A stretch of 64,000 bases of DNA. It comes from a virus. Lineage: Duplodnaviria; Caudoviricetes. The stretch spans positions 1,621 through 65,620 of the IMG/VR virus record IMGVR_UViG_3300019487_000029, one strand, 5' to 3'. Position 1 is the first letter of the stretch. The number at the start of each line of letters is the position of its first letter. Position numbers and translations under genes: made by a program. The notes beneath the pieces were generated by a model. That model was not told the origin of the DNA and did not search any database. It saw only the letters and a program-made list of their open reading frames with translations. Shown one piece after another: positions 1 through 10,231 of the stretch.

Positions 1-163
1 TGTCAAATTCATCCCCCTTCACACACTCACTCAAATGATCACGCTCCACTACCCGATCACCTAAGTCAATCCCACTAATCACTCCCCTCTTCACATCATT
101 CAATAAAAACGTATGCACACACGTTCCTATTTGCCCACGTATTCCAATTATTATATGCTTCAT
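1..163 (-). CDS. Partial NAD(P)-binding Rossmann-fold protein (runs off window start)
   Basis: Manual translation MKHIIIGIRGQIGTCVH..., GxxGxxG after a beta-strand; not in the ORF track. Confidence 0.6.
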   Translation of the reverse strand, partial: MKHIIIGIRGQIGTCVHTFLLNDVKRGVISGIDLGDRVVERDHLSECVKGDEFD

Positions 164-261
164 CACACACCCACGCTTTGTCGTCTGTTTTGGATTCTTC
201 ATGGTAAGTCTCTTGTCTCCCTCTTCGGTGCTCGGCAATCCTTCAATGCTCAAACCACACC

Positions 262-666
262 ATGCAGAATAACTATCATCAAAACATATCATACTCACTC
301 CCCCATCACAACAGCCAGTGTGATTGTGGTAAAATGAAGGTTGCATTTCGTAGTAGATTGCTTAGTGGAGCAATTAAATCATGCGGGTGTTACCGAGGGG
401 AGAATGTAAGATTAAAAAATCCACCTTACTATTGGATATATGGTAAACTCTTACATTCAGCAAATAATGCGGGAAGAGAATGTTCTTTGACATTTGAAGA
501 TTTTTTGACATTTATAAATATATCTCAATGCCATTATTGTAATTCAAAAATAGAATGGTTTCCTTATTCCACATCTCGCAATTTTTCATATTATTTAGAT
601 CGAGTAAATAATGAATTAGGATATTCAATCGAAAATTGTGTCGTCTGTTGTACGTTTCATTTTTAG
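262..666 (+). CDS. HNH-type endonuclease, possibly degraded
   Basis: IKSCGC, CHYC, DRVNNELGYSIENCVVCC motifs; C-terminus looks truncated. Confidence 0.6.
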   Translation: MQNNYHQNISYSLPHHNSQCDCGKMKVAFRSRLLSGAIKSCGCYRGENVRLKNPPYYWIYGKLLHSANNAGRECSLTFEDFLTFINISQCHYCNSKIEWFPYSTSRNFSYYLDRVNNELGYSIENCVVCCTFHF

Positions 667-733
667 ATATTCATAGATATAATAAATTTGTTTCTATAAG
701 GTCAAGTAACGTATAAAAAGAAATCCACATTGC

Positions 734-787
734 CCCACAAAGACCCACAAAGACCCACAAAGACCCACGAGGATATTATACCTCGTG
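734..787. repeat. Tandem repeat (CCCACAAAGA)x3.5 followed by hairpin CACGAGG-N8-CCTCGTG
   Basis: Directly visible. Confidence 0.9.
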
Positions 788-1072
788 TACGTGATACAGA
801 TACAAATCTTTTTTCATGGGCGGCGATACGTATTCATATATGATACAACTTATTTGGTTTGCTATTCGGCCTTATCTGATACCGATAGGGATACCTTTGC
901 TTATTACTTTGGGCATGGTGTATTGGTATTTCTATGATGAGATATAGACGAAGCTGGGTGAGAAGCAATTGGAGGATATAGAGGAGCCTGACGATGATGA
1001 AGATGAAGATAATATTCTTAATCCATAAATACATACATACGTATTTACGTGTTTCACCGAATAGGTATTTAT

Positions 1073-1591
1073 TTATATTTTACCCATTGTTTTGGATGAT
1101 TCGTATAGAAGTTTAAGTGTATCATAAAAAGTATTTGCTGAGTGGTATCCTTTGAGAGCATTAACTCCCCAACAACAGAATACAGTGTTTTCTTTTGTAT
1201 AGCCGAGGGTGGAGGAGTAACGGTCGAGGGAAATAAGAAGTGGGTCACGGTCTAAATGATGAATGGTACGAAGTGCCATAGGAATGCCTGTATAGAAACA
1301 TTTCCCTTCTTGATTTTTATAAATGTCACGTAAATTTTGAATTGATAGAGAATATTCAATTCTTTTTGTTTTAGCATTAGAGCGAGATGATTGTGATATT
1401 TTGTAAAAAGTAGCTTCTAGCATGTCTTTTGGGTTAGTGCTATAAAAGAGTTTTTCTTGCCATTTTTTTGTATTGTGAGATGTACATGATTTACATTTGG
1501 TAGCATATCTGTTTTTGTGTTGATTGTAATAAAATTCAGTTAATGATTTTTCTTGACTGCACCGAGGGCATAGTTTAGTTTCAATATTCAT
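1073..1591 (-). CDS. HNH homing endonuclease with N-terminal Zn finger
   Basis: CPRC..CKSC; GKCFYTG; SLDR...GYTKENTVFCCWGVN. Confidence 0.85.
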   Translation of the reverse strand: MNIETKLCPRCSQEKSLTEFYYNQHKNRYATKCKSCTSHNTKKWQEKLFYSTNPKDMLEATFYKISQSSRSNAKTKRIEYSLSIQNLRDIYKNQEGKCFYTGIPMALRTIHHLDRDPLLISLDRYSSTLGYTKENTVFCCWGVNALKGYHSANTFYDTLKLLYESSKTMGKI

Positions 1592-1708
1592 AACAATAGA
1601 TATTATGAAATAAGTGTAAAAATACTTATTTTAGATATTTCTTGAAAAATGGTCATTTTCACCGAATAGATATTTTTATATTCTTTTTCTCACCGATTCG
1701 GAGCAAGT

Positions 1709-1730
1709 GTAATTTAAGTCCTGTAATTAG
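1709..1730 (+). repeat. 22-bp palindrome, site 1
   Basis: GTAATTTAAG-TC-CTGTAATTAG. Confidence 0.9.
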
Positions 1731-1919
1731 TCCCAAAAGCCAATTTTCGCAAAATACCTATATCCCATATGGAGCATATTGGTATGTGCTATTGGGGATA
1801 TAGGTATGGAGGATGGAAATAAAATCAGGGCAGGGGAGGCACATAGTTATTATAACATACTTAAAAACAGATGTCAAATAAAAAGTGAAGAAATATATTT
1901 CTTCACATATTTATGGGAT

Positions 1920-2372
1920 ATGAAGAATTGCAAGTATTGTGGAAATCCGTGTAAGAGTATGATAACTTGTCCTTGTGGGAAATGGGTAGAAGAGCGTGGA
2001 AAGTATCAGAGGTCTAAGGCGAAGCGGTTATATTGGAAACAGCCATTTCGGAGGATGCTCAAGGTAATGGTTACGAATAATCGCCAGAGGTCGCTTAGAG
2101 ACCTTCCATTTGCCATTAGAGCGGTTGACTTGGCATTATTGGCCAAGAGGCAGAAAATGCTTTGTGCATTGACCGGGAGGCGTCTGACGAACGAGAACAT
2201 ATCTCCTGACCATATCATACCGATTTCCAAGGGCGGGACACATGACATAGGGAATATCCGTTTAGTGGACAGGGATGCCAACATTGCTCGAGCATCATTA
2301 TCTGATGAGGATTTCTTGAGGTTATGTAGGGATGTTGTAAAAACTCTTGACAAAGGGGATGGGGGTTGGTAA
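1920..2372 (+). CDS. HNH endonuclease
   Basis: CALTG; PDHIIPISKGGTHDIGNIRLV; TATTTAT just upstream of ATG. Confidence 0.85.
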   Translation: MKNCKYCGNPCKSMITCPCGKWVEERGKYQRSKAKRLYWKQPFRRMLKVMVTNNRQRSLRDLPFAIRAVDLALLAKRQKMLCALTGRRLTNENISPDHIIPISKGGTHDIGNIRLVDRDANIARASLSDEDFLRLCRDVVKTLDKGDGGW

Positions 2373-2453
2373 AGTGAAGATGGAATAAGTCATAATAAAA
2401 ACATTGTTGATAAAATAACGGAAGTTGCTTCCAAAGTTGCCGATGCTCAAAAA

Positions 2454-2762
2454 ATGATGGGAGATTATGACCATGTATTTGAGATGGTATGTGATCCCAA
2501 ATCCATACCTGTAGAGCCTTTGGTTTTCTTTACTAGCGATTCTCATATAGGACAATCAGTTGACCATATTCAACCTATAAAAACGGTTGTACGGCATCCG
2601 GGGGTTAAGGTGGAGTATCCTTGTGTATTTCAGTCGAAGCCTAATGGGGTGATGTACAAGTTGAAGATTCCCAAGTCATTTCCGCCAGCGATAGAGTTGC
2701 CGAGTTCGGCGTTTGGGAAGATGGTGATGAAAAAGATTCAGGACTTAAAAAAAGTCTCTTGA
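2454..2762 (+). CDS. Hypothetical protein
   Basis: ORF downstream of TTGACA promoter at about 2347. Confidence 0.5.
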   Translation: MMGDYDHVFEMVCDPKSIPVEPLVFFTSDSHIGQSVDHIQPIKTVVRHPGVKVEYPCVFQSKPNGVMYKLKIPKSFPPAIELPSSAFGKMVMKKIQDLKKVS

Positions 2763-2965
2763 CACTTTCTATAGAGTAGGTAAGGTAAGATGTGGATATA
2801 TGGATACGTTTCATGTAACAATGAAAAGCCCGAAGGGGATTGAGAAGTTGTTTACTGGTGTGGCTGATTCTTTTGAAGAGATTCGGAAGGATGCCGAGCG
2901 GGAGTATCCACGTCATGTGATTACGGAGATTGAGAATGCTACCACGGGTGAGACAAAGGAATTTC

Positions 2966-3772
2966 GTGAATAAATCATTTTTGAAGTGGGCGGGAGGCAA
3001 GAGTTTGCTATTCCCTCAGATTATGGCTTTGGTGCCGCCCGATGAACGCAAGGGGGCATTCATTGAGCCTTTTGTGGGGTCGGGTGTGGTAGCCTTGAAT
3101 GCACCATTTGAGCGAATCGTCATCAATGACACCAATGAGGGATTGATGCTTCTGTGGACTGAACTCAAATGGGGTCAAGAGGACTTCATCGAAGAGTGCC
3201 GTGAGTTATTCACCGGCGAGTTCAATAATCAGGTTTCTTTCCAAACCATTCGGGCATCCTTCAACAAGCAGCCATGTGGCAAGTACTTTTTATACCTCAA
3301 CCGTCATTGTTTCAATGGGTTATGTCGCTTTAACCTGAAGGGTGAATTCAATGTCCCCTTCGGCAAGTATGACAAGCCCTATTTCCCGGAGAAGGAACTG
3401 AGGGAAGCTCTTTTGGTCTTGAAGAAGACCAGAATGTACCAATTGGACTTTGGGGATATGATGAACATGGCGGAAGAGGGCGACGTGGTTTACTGTGACC
3501 CGCCTTACTTGCCGCTGTCGGACACTTCCAACTTCACGGCTTATTCCAAGGGTGGGTTCTCTATGGATGATCAAGTGAGATTGGTTGACCGTGCTTTGCG
3601 GTTGCGTGACCGTGGGGCAACTGTGATTATTTCCAACAATGACACGCCTTTGGCACGGAATCTGTATAAAAAGGCTGATCACATTCATTTTCTTCAGGTC
3701 GCCAAGCGGATTTCCTGCAAGGCTGATGGACGGAAGAAGTCGGGGGAATTGATGGCGGTGTACCGTCCTTGA
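2966..3772 (+). CDS. dam: DNA adenine methyltransferase (Dam/D12 family)
   Basis: KWAGGK, EPFVGSG, FNGLCRFN..GEFNVPFG, DPPY. Confidence 0.92.
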   Translation: MNKSFLKWAGGKSLLFPQIMALVPPDERKGAFIEPFVGSGVVALNAPFERIVINDTNEGLMLLWTELKWGQEDFIEECRELFTGEFNNQVSFQTIRASFNKQPCGKYFLYLNRHCFNGLCRFNLKGEFNVPFGKYDKPYFPEKELREALLVLKKTRMYQLDFGDMMNMAEEGDVVYCDPPYLPLSDTSNFTAYSKGGFSMDDQVRLVDRALRLRDRGATVIISNNDTPLARNLYKKADHIHFLQVAKRISCKADGRKKSGELMAVYRP

Positions 3773-3996
3773 AGCTTATGTTGTGCCAAGATGATAGTTG
3801 TGACATGAGTCACTGCACGGGTTGTGGTGCTCACATGATGGGTGCCCATTTACCGTTGGGTTCTATTTGCGACAGTTGCAAGGAATCCATTGGGAGTGAG
3901 ATGGACCGCTATTCAGAGGCGGCATCTGTCATTATGCAGTATGAAAAAGGTTTAGAAAAAGCCTTGACTACTCGTTCGGGTAGTGTAAGGTAAGAC

Positions 3997-4230
3997 ATGA
4001 ACGCAACAACTGAACCGCCTCGTCAAACGAATTTCAAATGCCCGATCTGCGATCACTTGATGGTCGCCCGTGATGGGCAAGTCTTGGACCCGAAGGATGG
4101 AGTCACTGTCTGGTGTGGGAATACGCATGGCTCCGCACCCGGTCAATGTTCAGCACAAGAAGTTGCTGGGCACGGCAACAATGAAAAAGCTGCTTACGAA
4201 ATCATTACTCAGAAATACAAGAAAGGCTGA
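3997..4230 (+). CDS. Small Zn-finger protein (Lar-like layout)
   Basis: CPIC...VWC...C..EKAA; own sigma70 promoter at about 3964. Confidence 0.5.
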   Translation: MNATTEPPRQTNFKCPICDHLMVARDGQVLDPKDGVTVWCGNTHGSAPGQCSAQEVAGHGNNEKAAYEIITQKYKKG

Positions 4231-4468
4231 ACTATGACCCCACTCCCTGTCAATCCAAACGTCCTTATCCTCGTTGATAAGGAAGGCAAAGTCCTTGAAG
4301 CTGCAACCAATGTGGCTCCCGACTTGAAGGTTACTGTCACGTCGGATTTGGCTGTTTTCAATGAGGAAGCCAAAGGCAAGACTTTCCGGCAGACCACACG
4401 GTCCAACTGATTCACCCCGCAGCGACCTCCACACGCAAGCCTCGGACGCAAGTCCGAGGCTTGTTGCT

Positions 4469-4963
4469 TTATATCTTGTGATTGGATTTAGCTCCCTCAT
4501 AGAAGAGTTTTAGTGCATTAAACATTGTAGTTTCGTCATGGATATTTTTTAACCAATTCATTCCTAAACAGCAAAGCACAATGTTGGTTTCATCATATCC
4601 AATTTTATAATCTATTCGATCAATTGACATAAGTAATGGGTCTTTAGAATAACTTGCTAATTTCATAGGAATTCCTGTGTAATAACATTTTCCGGCTTGA
4701 GATTCGTATATTTTTCTCAGTTCGGTCATTCCTATACTTTTAGTGCAGTTATTTCTATTTCGACAAGACACATGAAGTATTTTTGCCAATCGTGTTAAAC
4801 CTCCCGTCACAGATGTTTCATCCTTCAATGCATTTTTGGTCCATCTTTTAGATTCTAATTTGGAACATTTTTTACACCAAGAATATAATGTCCCTCGTCT
4901 TTTATTAACGTAAAATTCTGTAGAGTCTTTGTTGGTTTTACATTTGGCACAAATTTTCATCAA
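4469..4963 (-). CDS. HNH homing endonuclease
   Basis: CAKC..CKKC; GKCYYTG; SIDRID..GY..NIVLCC; paralog of 1073-1591. Confidence 0.85.
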   Translation of the reverse strand: MMKICAKCKTNKDSTEFYVNKRRGTLYSWCKKCSKLESKRWTKNALKDETSVTGGLTRLAKILHVSCRNRNNCTKSIGMTELRKIYESQAGKCYYTGIPMKLASYSKDPLLMSIDRIDYKIGYDETNIVLCCLGMNWLKNIHDETTMFNALKLFYEGAKSNHKI

Positions 4964-5079
4964 AGTATAAGTACATTCAGGATACTATAATGTACTCATA
5001 TAAAAACAAATAATTTTTGGTTTTTTAGATTTTCAAGTTTGTAATCTCTAATTCGATTATGATCATTTCGATTCGATTA

Positions 5080-5101
5080 CTAAATCTAGTCCTGTAATTA
5101 G
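5080..5101 (+). repeat. 22-bp palindrome, site 2
   Basis: CTAAATCTAG-TC-CTGTAATTAG; arms extend (TCGATTAC/GTAATTCGA). Confidence 0.9.
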
Positions 5102-5152
5102 TAATTCGAGATCAGGGAGAAATTCGAAATAAGTATTAAAAAGGGATGCGTA

Positions 5153-5392
5153 CAAAAAGAAGCGGCGGTTGAAGCAACCGAGTTTCGTATTTCTACGTCT
5201 CGGCTGGTATTCAACCGCCGTTATCTCTGTCGTCTGATTCCGTTGCCCGTTTTGGTATCGGTATGCTTTATACGGATTCTTCAGCAGCTACCGGGTCTGC
5301 TAAGGCTTCTCTTACAGAGATTCGTTAAATCTGGCTCACGTTTGCTTGCTGGTTTCCCAACGTCGCTACTTGGGTTTTGCCAAACTTAACTT
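5153..5392 (-). ncRNA. Putative structured ncRNA, about 240 nt
   Basis: Own promoter TTGACA(5421-26)-N16-TAAGGT and a terminator (5154-5220); no ORF of 60 aa or more. Confidence 0.6.
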
Positions 5393-5558
5393 GCGACAAC
5401 CTTACCACTTTCATGGCAGATGTCAAATTATTTTTTCAAAAACTTTGACAGCATCGGATTCAATATGGCAGTTGATCCGACAGACTGGAGATTTATTTTA
5501 CTGATATTTTCTACCTTGTCAAATTAAATCCCTCTTTTTATTTCAAAGAGGGATATTT

Positions 5559-5930
5559 ATGGGCATGAAATGTTTGTATTGTCAAGAAGAGTTTTCGCCT
5601 CGTCGAAGAGATCAAATTTATTGTAGAAAGCGATGTGGTAGTAGAGCAAGTGCATTACGAACCGGATCAAAAGAAAGAGCCGACAGACGATGTAGTTGGA
5701 AAAAGCAAGGAATTATTTTTACTTTTGAAGAATATCTAAAAATGATGGCGGTTCAAAAGCAAAAATGTAAAATTTGTCAAGGTCAATTTTCATCTTTAGA
5801 AGTTGATCATGATCATGTGTCGGGCAAAGTCCGAGGATTGCTCTGTGGAAATTGTAATCGGGGAATTGGGCATTTCAAAGATAATACCAAATCTTTGCAA
5901 CGAGCAATTTATTATCTAAAAAAAGAATGA
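5559..5930 (+). CDS. Endonuclease VII-like HNH protein
   Basis: CKIC..VDHDHVSGKVRGLLCGNCNRGIG. Confidence 0.9.
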   Translation: MGMKCLYCQEEFSPRRRDQIYCRKRCGSRASALRTGSKERADRRCSWKKQGIIFTFEEYLKMMAVQKQKCKICQGQFSSLEVDHDHVSGKVRGLLCGNCNRGIGHFKDNTKSLQRAIYYLKKE

Positions 5931-5973
5931 AGGCGTCCTCAACGGACGCCTTCATTCCGGGTTGGCCGGTGAC

Positions 5974-6399
5974 TTAGGCAGTCACGGGAGCCGCTTCAGT
6001 GGCGGGAGCAGCTTCGGGAGCCTGGGCGATCACGGGAGCAGCGGGAGCAAGCAGAGCCGCTTTCGTCGCTTCATAGTCCGCCGTGGGCTTCGCCGGGGCG
6101 ATGGAAACGCTGACCTTGGACTTGATGGCAGTCTTCAGAGCGTTCATCTTGGACCGGCGGATGTACACGAACGTCTTGCGACCCAAGCCCTTCTTGGAAT
6201 TCGACTCACGGGTTTCGTCCTTCACGAGAACGATTTCCGACTTGCCTTTGCGGGCGAAATCCCGCTTGAGGAACTTGCGAAGCGTCAACGGTGTGACGTG
6301 CTCGTTCGCCTCGACCAGATCGGCGAAGGTGAACTTTCGGCTGGGGATGCTGATCTCAGCCATTGGACGACCGGGACCACGTTGCGATTTGTTTTTCAT
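5974..6399 (-). CDS. Basic, probable winged-HTH DNA-binding protein with Ala/Pro tail
   Basis: FTFADL..VTPLTLRKFL...GRKTFVY; two upstream TTGACA promoters. Confidence 0.6.
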   Translation of the reverse strand: MKNKSQRGPGRPMAEISIPSRKFTFADLVEANEHVTPLTLRKFLKRDFARKGKSEIVLVKDETRESNSKKGLGRKTFVYIRRSKMNALKTAIKSKVSVSIAPAKPTADYEATKAALLAPAAPVIAQAPEAAPATEAAPVTA

Positions 6400-6596
6400 G
6401 CTGTTTGTTGTGTTTGTTGTTTACTGACGTTACGAGATGAATATATCCGATCCCGTATGATTGTCAAATTCTTTTTGCACTTTTTTATCAGTTGCGAATT
6501 TAGACTTAATAATCACGGCGGGACTATATCTATCTACGCAAAAATGTCAACAAGTATTTTCAAAATCTTTTGAAGAGGAGACCACATCCGGCCAAG

Positions 6597-6618
6597 GTAA
6601 GTACAGCCCTGTAATTAG
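6597..6618 (+). repeat. 22-bp palindrome, site 3
   Basis: GTAAGTACAG-CC-CTGTAATTAG. Confidence 0.9.
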
Positions 6619-6714
6619 TCCGGCCAGCAGGACCACGGAGATGTGGATGTTGGGGTAGAAAAGCAAAAACCCCCGCAAAGCGAGGGTTCTTGACGAGATG
6701 TGAGGAGGACCAGC

Positions 6715-6957
6715 TTAGGTCTGGCTGGCTACGGGTGTCTTGGCCGGAAGCCCAATCTTGCCCATGAACTTCACTTCCTTGAAGAGAAAGGTCTTGATTG
6801 ATGTCCGATTGGAGGCTTGATCCCAATGTTCACCAACGACGTAGTTGGCAGCGGAGGTTGGGTCTTGACCATAGCCAATGCAGAGGAATTGGGTATTGGC
6901 GTCGATTTGGGTGACGAAGCATTGACCGATGATGGTGTTTGGATCGATGTGCAGCAT
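6715..6957 (-). CDS. Hypothetical protein
   Basis: Last ORF of a minus-strand operon, terminator at about 6660-6690. Confidence 0.6.
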   Translation of the reverse strand: MLHIDPNTIIGQCFVTQIDANTQFLCIGYGQDPTSAANYVVGEHWDQASNRTSIKTFLFKEVKFMGKIGLPAKTPVASQT

Positions 6958-6978
6958 AACTGTTCTTCTTGTTGTTGT

Positions 6979-7440
6979 TTAGGGGTTGGGGAGACCGTCG
7001 CCGATTTTTGCTACCTCGGCAACGAAATCACTATAAATCTTGTTGTTGGTGTTCCCATTCTTCTCCATCTCTTCAATCTCTTTGCGTCGCCATGTGGGGA
7101 GTTTGTCCAATACGATTTGGCGGGCACGCACGTATGGATTCTTGTCAGTGGAAGCCAACTTATCCTTCAGCTTCTCGGAATCATCCTTCTTGGGGACCGA
7201 TGTCTTCTTGGCTTTCTTGGCGGCTTCTTCGGCTAGGATTTCAAATCCTTCAGCACAGAGAGCTTGAATCAGTTTGTCAACGGGGAGGTCGGGTGGACCA
7301 ACCATACCGCCTTCTTTCCGCAGTTGAGCCATGCGGTCAGTGTACTTCTTGAAATTGTCCTCGTTCTCCTCAGTTTTCTTCATAGACTTTCCCATAGCGT
7401 CCTCGCCGCCTATACCCACGACCCTTCGCCGGCCTCTCAA
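6979..7440 (-). CDS. Hypothetical protein
   Basis: ORF in operon, charged composition. Confidence 0.6.
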   Translation of the reverse strand: MRGRRRVVGIGGEDAMGKSMKKTEENEDNFKKYTDRMAQLRKEGGMVGPPDLPVDKLIQALCAEGFEILAEEAAKKAKKTSVPKKDDSEKLKDKLASTDKNPYVRARQIVLDKLPTWRRKEIEEMEKNGNTNNKIYSDFVAEVAKIGDGLPNP

Positions 7441-7534
7441 TCTTTGTCGGAGGAGGCGTAGGTTTGCGGATCGATTTGTAGATGGCGAGTTGCCCTTTCA
7501 TACTGAATAAATATCGCAGAGTTTACCCGAATTG

Positions 7535-8014
7535 TCAAACCTTCTTTAGAAATGAATTTCTTTCCGAGACTGCTTTTTTCAATGTTTCAAAAGTTCCAAC
7601 ATTGATTAAATCTCCCCGAATTGAAATTTGTACACGGTACTTTTTGTAAAAAGGATATTTTTTGGAATTGGTTGCGATGATGTATCGTGGAAGACCGCTT
7701 TTCTTTCCACGAATTCCACGGTTTTGATTACTCACCAAACGGGTTACAAACCGACAATTTGAGGGAGAATAATCACCGTCATTGTTAATACGGTCAATAC
7801 ATAGTGATTGTCTGTACCCGTTTAGAAGTGCCCATTTGATAAAGGATGTTGGTGAGATTGTCCATTGATGGCAAACGGCTATTCCTCGTTTTCCGTAATT
7901 GCGGAAATCCTTATCATCTTTGTTATAACAACGAGATAACATTCGTATCCATTTAACAAGTAGCGGATGCCACTTAAACTTTGATGTATAATTTTGTTGG
8001 TTTCCCTTTGACAT
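7535..8014 (-). CDS. HNH-AP2 type homing endonuclease
   Basis: MLSRCYN..YGKRGIAVC..W; IDRINNDGDYSPSNCRF; AP2-like C-terminus. Confidence 0.85.
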   Translation of the reverse strand: MSKGNQQNYTSKFKWHPLLVKWIRMLSRCYNKDDKDFRNYGKRGIAVCHQWTISPTSFIKWALLNGYRQSLCIDRINNDGDYSPSNCRFVTRLVSNQNRGIRGKKSGLPRYIIATNSKKYPFYKKYRVQISIRGDLINVGTFETLKKAVSERNSFLKKV

Positions 8015-8492
8015 TTCGTCTTTCCTCCCTTACAAATTTGATTTTGTTAGTACTCAAAGCATCTTTCATAAAAATAGATGCTGTAGCATATTGTATGCCA
8101 TTTTTTTCAGCCAGTTCGATGGTACTGAATTCACCGACTGGAACAACAACTGCCTTGGCTGGCTTGGCTTCCTCTTCCGCCGCACCGGCAGCTTCCTTGG
8201 TCAAGTCTTCATACGCCTTCATCGCACGAGCACGGTTATTATAGGACCATGCGATGAATCCGAACTGACTTGTCCCCGGATACTTTTCTTGATCATCCTC
8301 GGTGACAGTCTGGAAAACCTTGGTGCCCTTGGGGAGAATCTTGATGCGAAAGACTTCATAGTCCTTTGGAACCCCATTACGGGACCGCTCATAGATGGCG
8401 GTGGTTTCGCTTCGGGCAAGCTGAGTGTATGTGAGAGGGTCTGTTGAGAATCCACCCTCACCTGATACGAAAGTCTTTTCGAGTTTAATCAT
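7974..8492 (-). CDS. Hypothetical protein with C-terminal winged-HTH-like domain
   Basis: FSTIELAEKNGIQYATA...GKPTKLY. Confidence 0.55.
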   Translation of the reverse strand: MIKLEKTFVSGEGGFSTDPLTYTQLARSETTAIYERSRNGVPKDYEVFRIKILPKGTKVFQTVTEDDQEKYPGTSQFGFIAWSYNNRARAMKAYEDLTKEAAGAAEEEAKPAKAVVVPVGEFSTIELAEKNGIQYATASIFMKDALSTNKIKFVREERRNVKGKPTKLYIKV

Positions 8493-9012
8493 GTGTCCAT
8501 TCACCGAGGCACTTCAGAGTCTTCGGGTTGAAGTATGCAATCAGTTTACGATTACCGTGGCATTTGTCAAATACTACTTTCACATTGATTGGAGCACTGA
8601 CAGACCCCCATGCTTTCACCGAAGGATTGCGGCGATGTTCATTGAGCACGAGATCGATAAACCCCGCAACTTTAGTCTTGAGTTCCCGCACAAGGAACAT
8701 CCGTATTTTCCCCGTGCGATCCTTTACGAGATAGTACTCAGCCTTGCACCGCATATCCCTACCTGTAATTCCCCGATCAATGTCCTTCATGCACTCAAAG
8801 AGGACATCATCTCCACTCTCACGGAACTTGACCTGTACAGCAACCGTTGTGCCATCCCATTCCATCCACCCATCAATTTTGTCCTTGATGTCTTCCTCAT
8901 CTGTGGGTTCAGCAATCTTGATGCCAGCCTTCCGCAACACATCAAGTATTTGCTTCTCACCAAGTTTTCCTTGGATGACTCTGGCGTCGTAATCTTCACC
9001 ATTTAGCATCAT
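8485..9012 (-). CDS. PD-(D/E)XK-like nuclease
   Basis: GEKQI..DKIDGW..VQVKFR. Confidence 0.55.
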   Translation of the reverse strand: MMLNGEDYDARVIQGKLGEKQILDVLRKAGIKIAEPTDEEDIKDKIDGWMEWDGTTVAVQVKFRESGDDVLFECMKDIDRGITGRDMRCKAEYYLVKDRTGKIRMFLVRELKTKVAGFIDLVLNEHRRNPSVKAWGSVSAPINVKVVFDKCHGNRKLIAYFNPKTLKCLGEWTHD

Positions 9013-9039
9013 CCATACGCTACTCTCCTTTATTCAATT

Positions 9040-9100
9040 GTCAACAGTTAAAAAAAGATTTTTTGTCCATTGACATCTCTATAATAAAGGCTAGAGTGTG
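9040..9100. promoter_or_regulatory. Divergent sigma70 promoters
   Basis: TGTCAA at about 9040 (minus strand) and TTGACA at 9070 with TAGAGT. Confidence 0.7.
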
Positions 9101-9106
9101 TATGTT

Positions 9107-9313
9107 ATGATGAAGACTGAATTTACCGTTGATGTGCCGAGCATCGGCAAAGTTGATGTGGTTCGTCAAGACAATGGCGAGGGCGAAGACGGTAAGACAG
9201 AGTACTTCTGGGACTTGTTCGATTCGGATGGTAGCTGCCTCAATGAAGGGGCTTGCTTCTGGACTAAGCCGACGAAAAAAGAAGTGCTTGACTTCTTCAA
9301 ACAAACTGCCTAA
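9107..9313 (+). CDS. Hypothetical protein
   Basis: First ORF after promoter. Confidence 0.6.
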   Translation: MMKTEFTVDVPSIGKVDVVRQDNGEGEDGKTEYFWDLFDSDGSCLNEGACFWTKPTKKEVLDFFKQTA

Positions 9314-9635
9314 GTTGTCGCCATGAACGCTATCAAGAGCAGCTATCCTAACGGTGAGTGCCCCGATTGCGGGGAAGAAATTCCTAGCGACGTTTGCACC
9401 GGCGATGCGTGCTCCAACTGTGAACATGTTTTCTCTGAACAGCGGAAGTCCGATGACCCGAAGCCGAGCTTTGCGGAGATTACGGAGCGGCTTCTGAAAA
9501 CCATCGCCCGCAGCGATGACGAATTTCAACAACAGATTGCCAATGGAATCGGCATTGAACTCGATGAGTTGCAAGACTATCTTTTTTTGATCGTGTCGAG
9601 TTTCCCGTCGTTGGCGAGAAGAACAAACACGAAGT

Positions 9636-9881
9636 ATGAGCAAGATCGCAACAGTCAATGTCATTCAGCTTGACGACAACGGCAACGTCTCTTCGGTTCG
9701 CTCGTGGGAAGATACTCCCGAAGGCAACAAGGAAGCTGAAAAGGTTTTCACCCGAATCATCAAGGAGCATACGAGTGAGACAGCGTACGCCCCGGAGGAA
9801 CTCCAAGCCATGCTTGATGAAGGTGTGTGCGATGACCCCTCGGTGGGCACAAAGCTCTTTCTCGCTCACAGCGAGCAGTGA
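9636..9881 (+). CDS. Hypothetical protein
   Basis: ORF in operon. Confidence 0.6.
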   Translation: MSKIATVNVIQLDDNGNVSSVRSWEDTPEGNKEAEKVFTRIIKEHTSETAYAPEELQAMLDEGVCDDPSVGTKLFLAHSEQ

Positions 9882-9884
9882 TTT

Positions 9885-10136
9885 ATGACCAAGCGTGCGA
9901 AAGCTATTCGTGGGTTCGTTATAGAACTTCAAACGCTTGCCCTAGACGGAACGCCGCTAAGGATGGCACTGCAAGGGCACAGCACAACTTGCACTGCACA
10001 GGAAGCAGAGGAAAGGCTTCACCAAAGCACTCTCAACCTTCAAGCTTATCTCGTTGACATGCTTGAGAACAACGAAGAGCAAGCAGAAGCCTTGATGAAA
10101 GAGCTTGGGGTTCGTTGGAACAAACCACCCCAATAA
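9885..10136 (+). CDS. Hypothetical protein
   Basis: ORF in operon. Confidence 0.6.
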   Translation: MTKRAKAIRGFVIELQTLALDGTPLRMALQGHSTTCTAQEAEERLHQSTLNLQAYLVDMLENNEEQAEALMKELGVRWNKPPQ

Positions 10137-10161
10137 CGATTTACCTTCTCATTGCGAGATC

Positions 10162-10190
10162 AAGCCCGGAGAAATCCGGGCTTTTTCTTT
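10162..10190 (+). terminator. Intrinsic terminator (family also at about 15497 and 17676)
   Basis: AAGCCCGGA-gaaa-TCCGGGCTTTTT. Confidence 0.85.
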
Positions 10191-10231
10191 TCCCATGATC
10201 CAGAATTCCAGAGATCGCCCGGACATCCGAA

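Noticed and set aside
4966-5000. TATAAGTACATT/AATGTACTCATA as another copy of the 22-bp site
   Set aside because: It shares only the left-arm word, has an 11-bp spacer and lacks CTGTAATT; more likely a hairpin upstream of the HNH gene.
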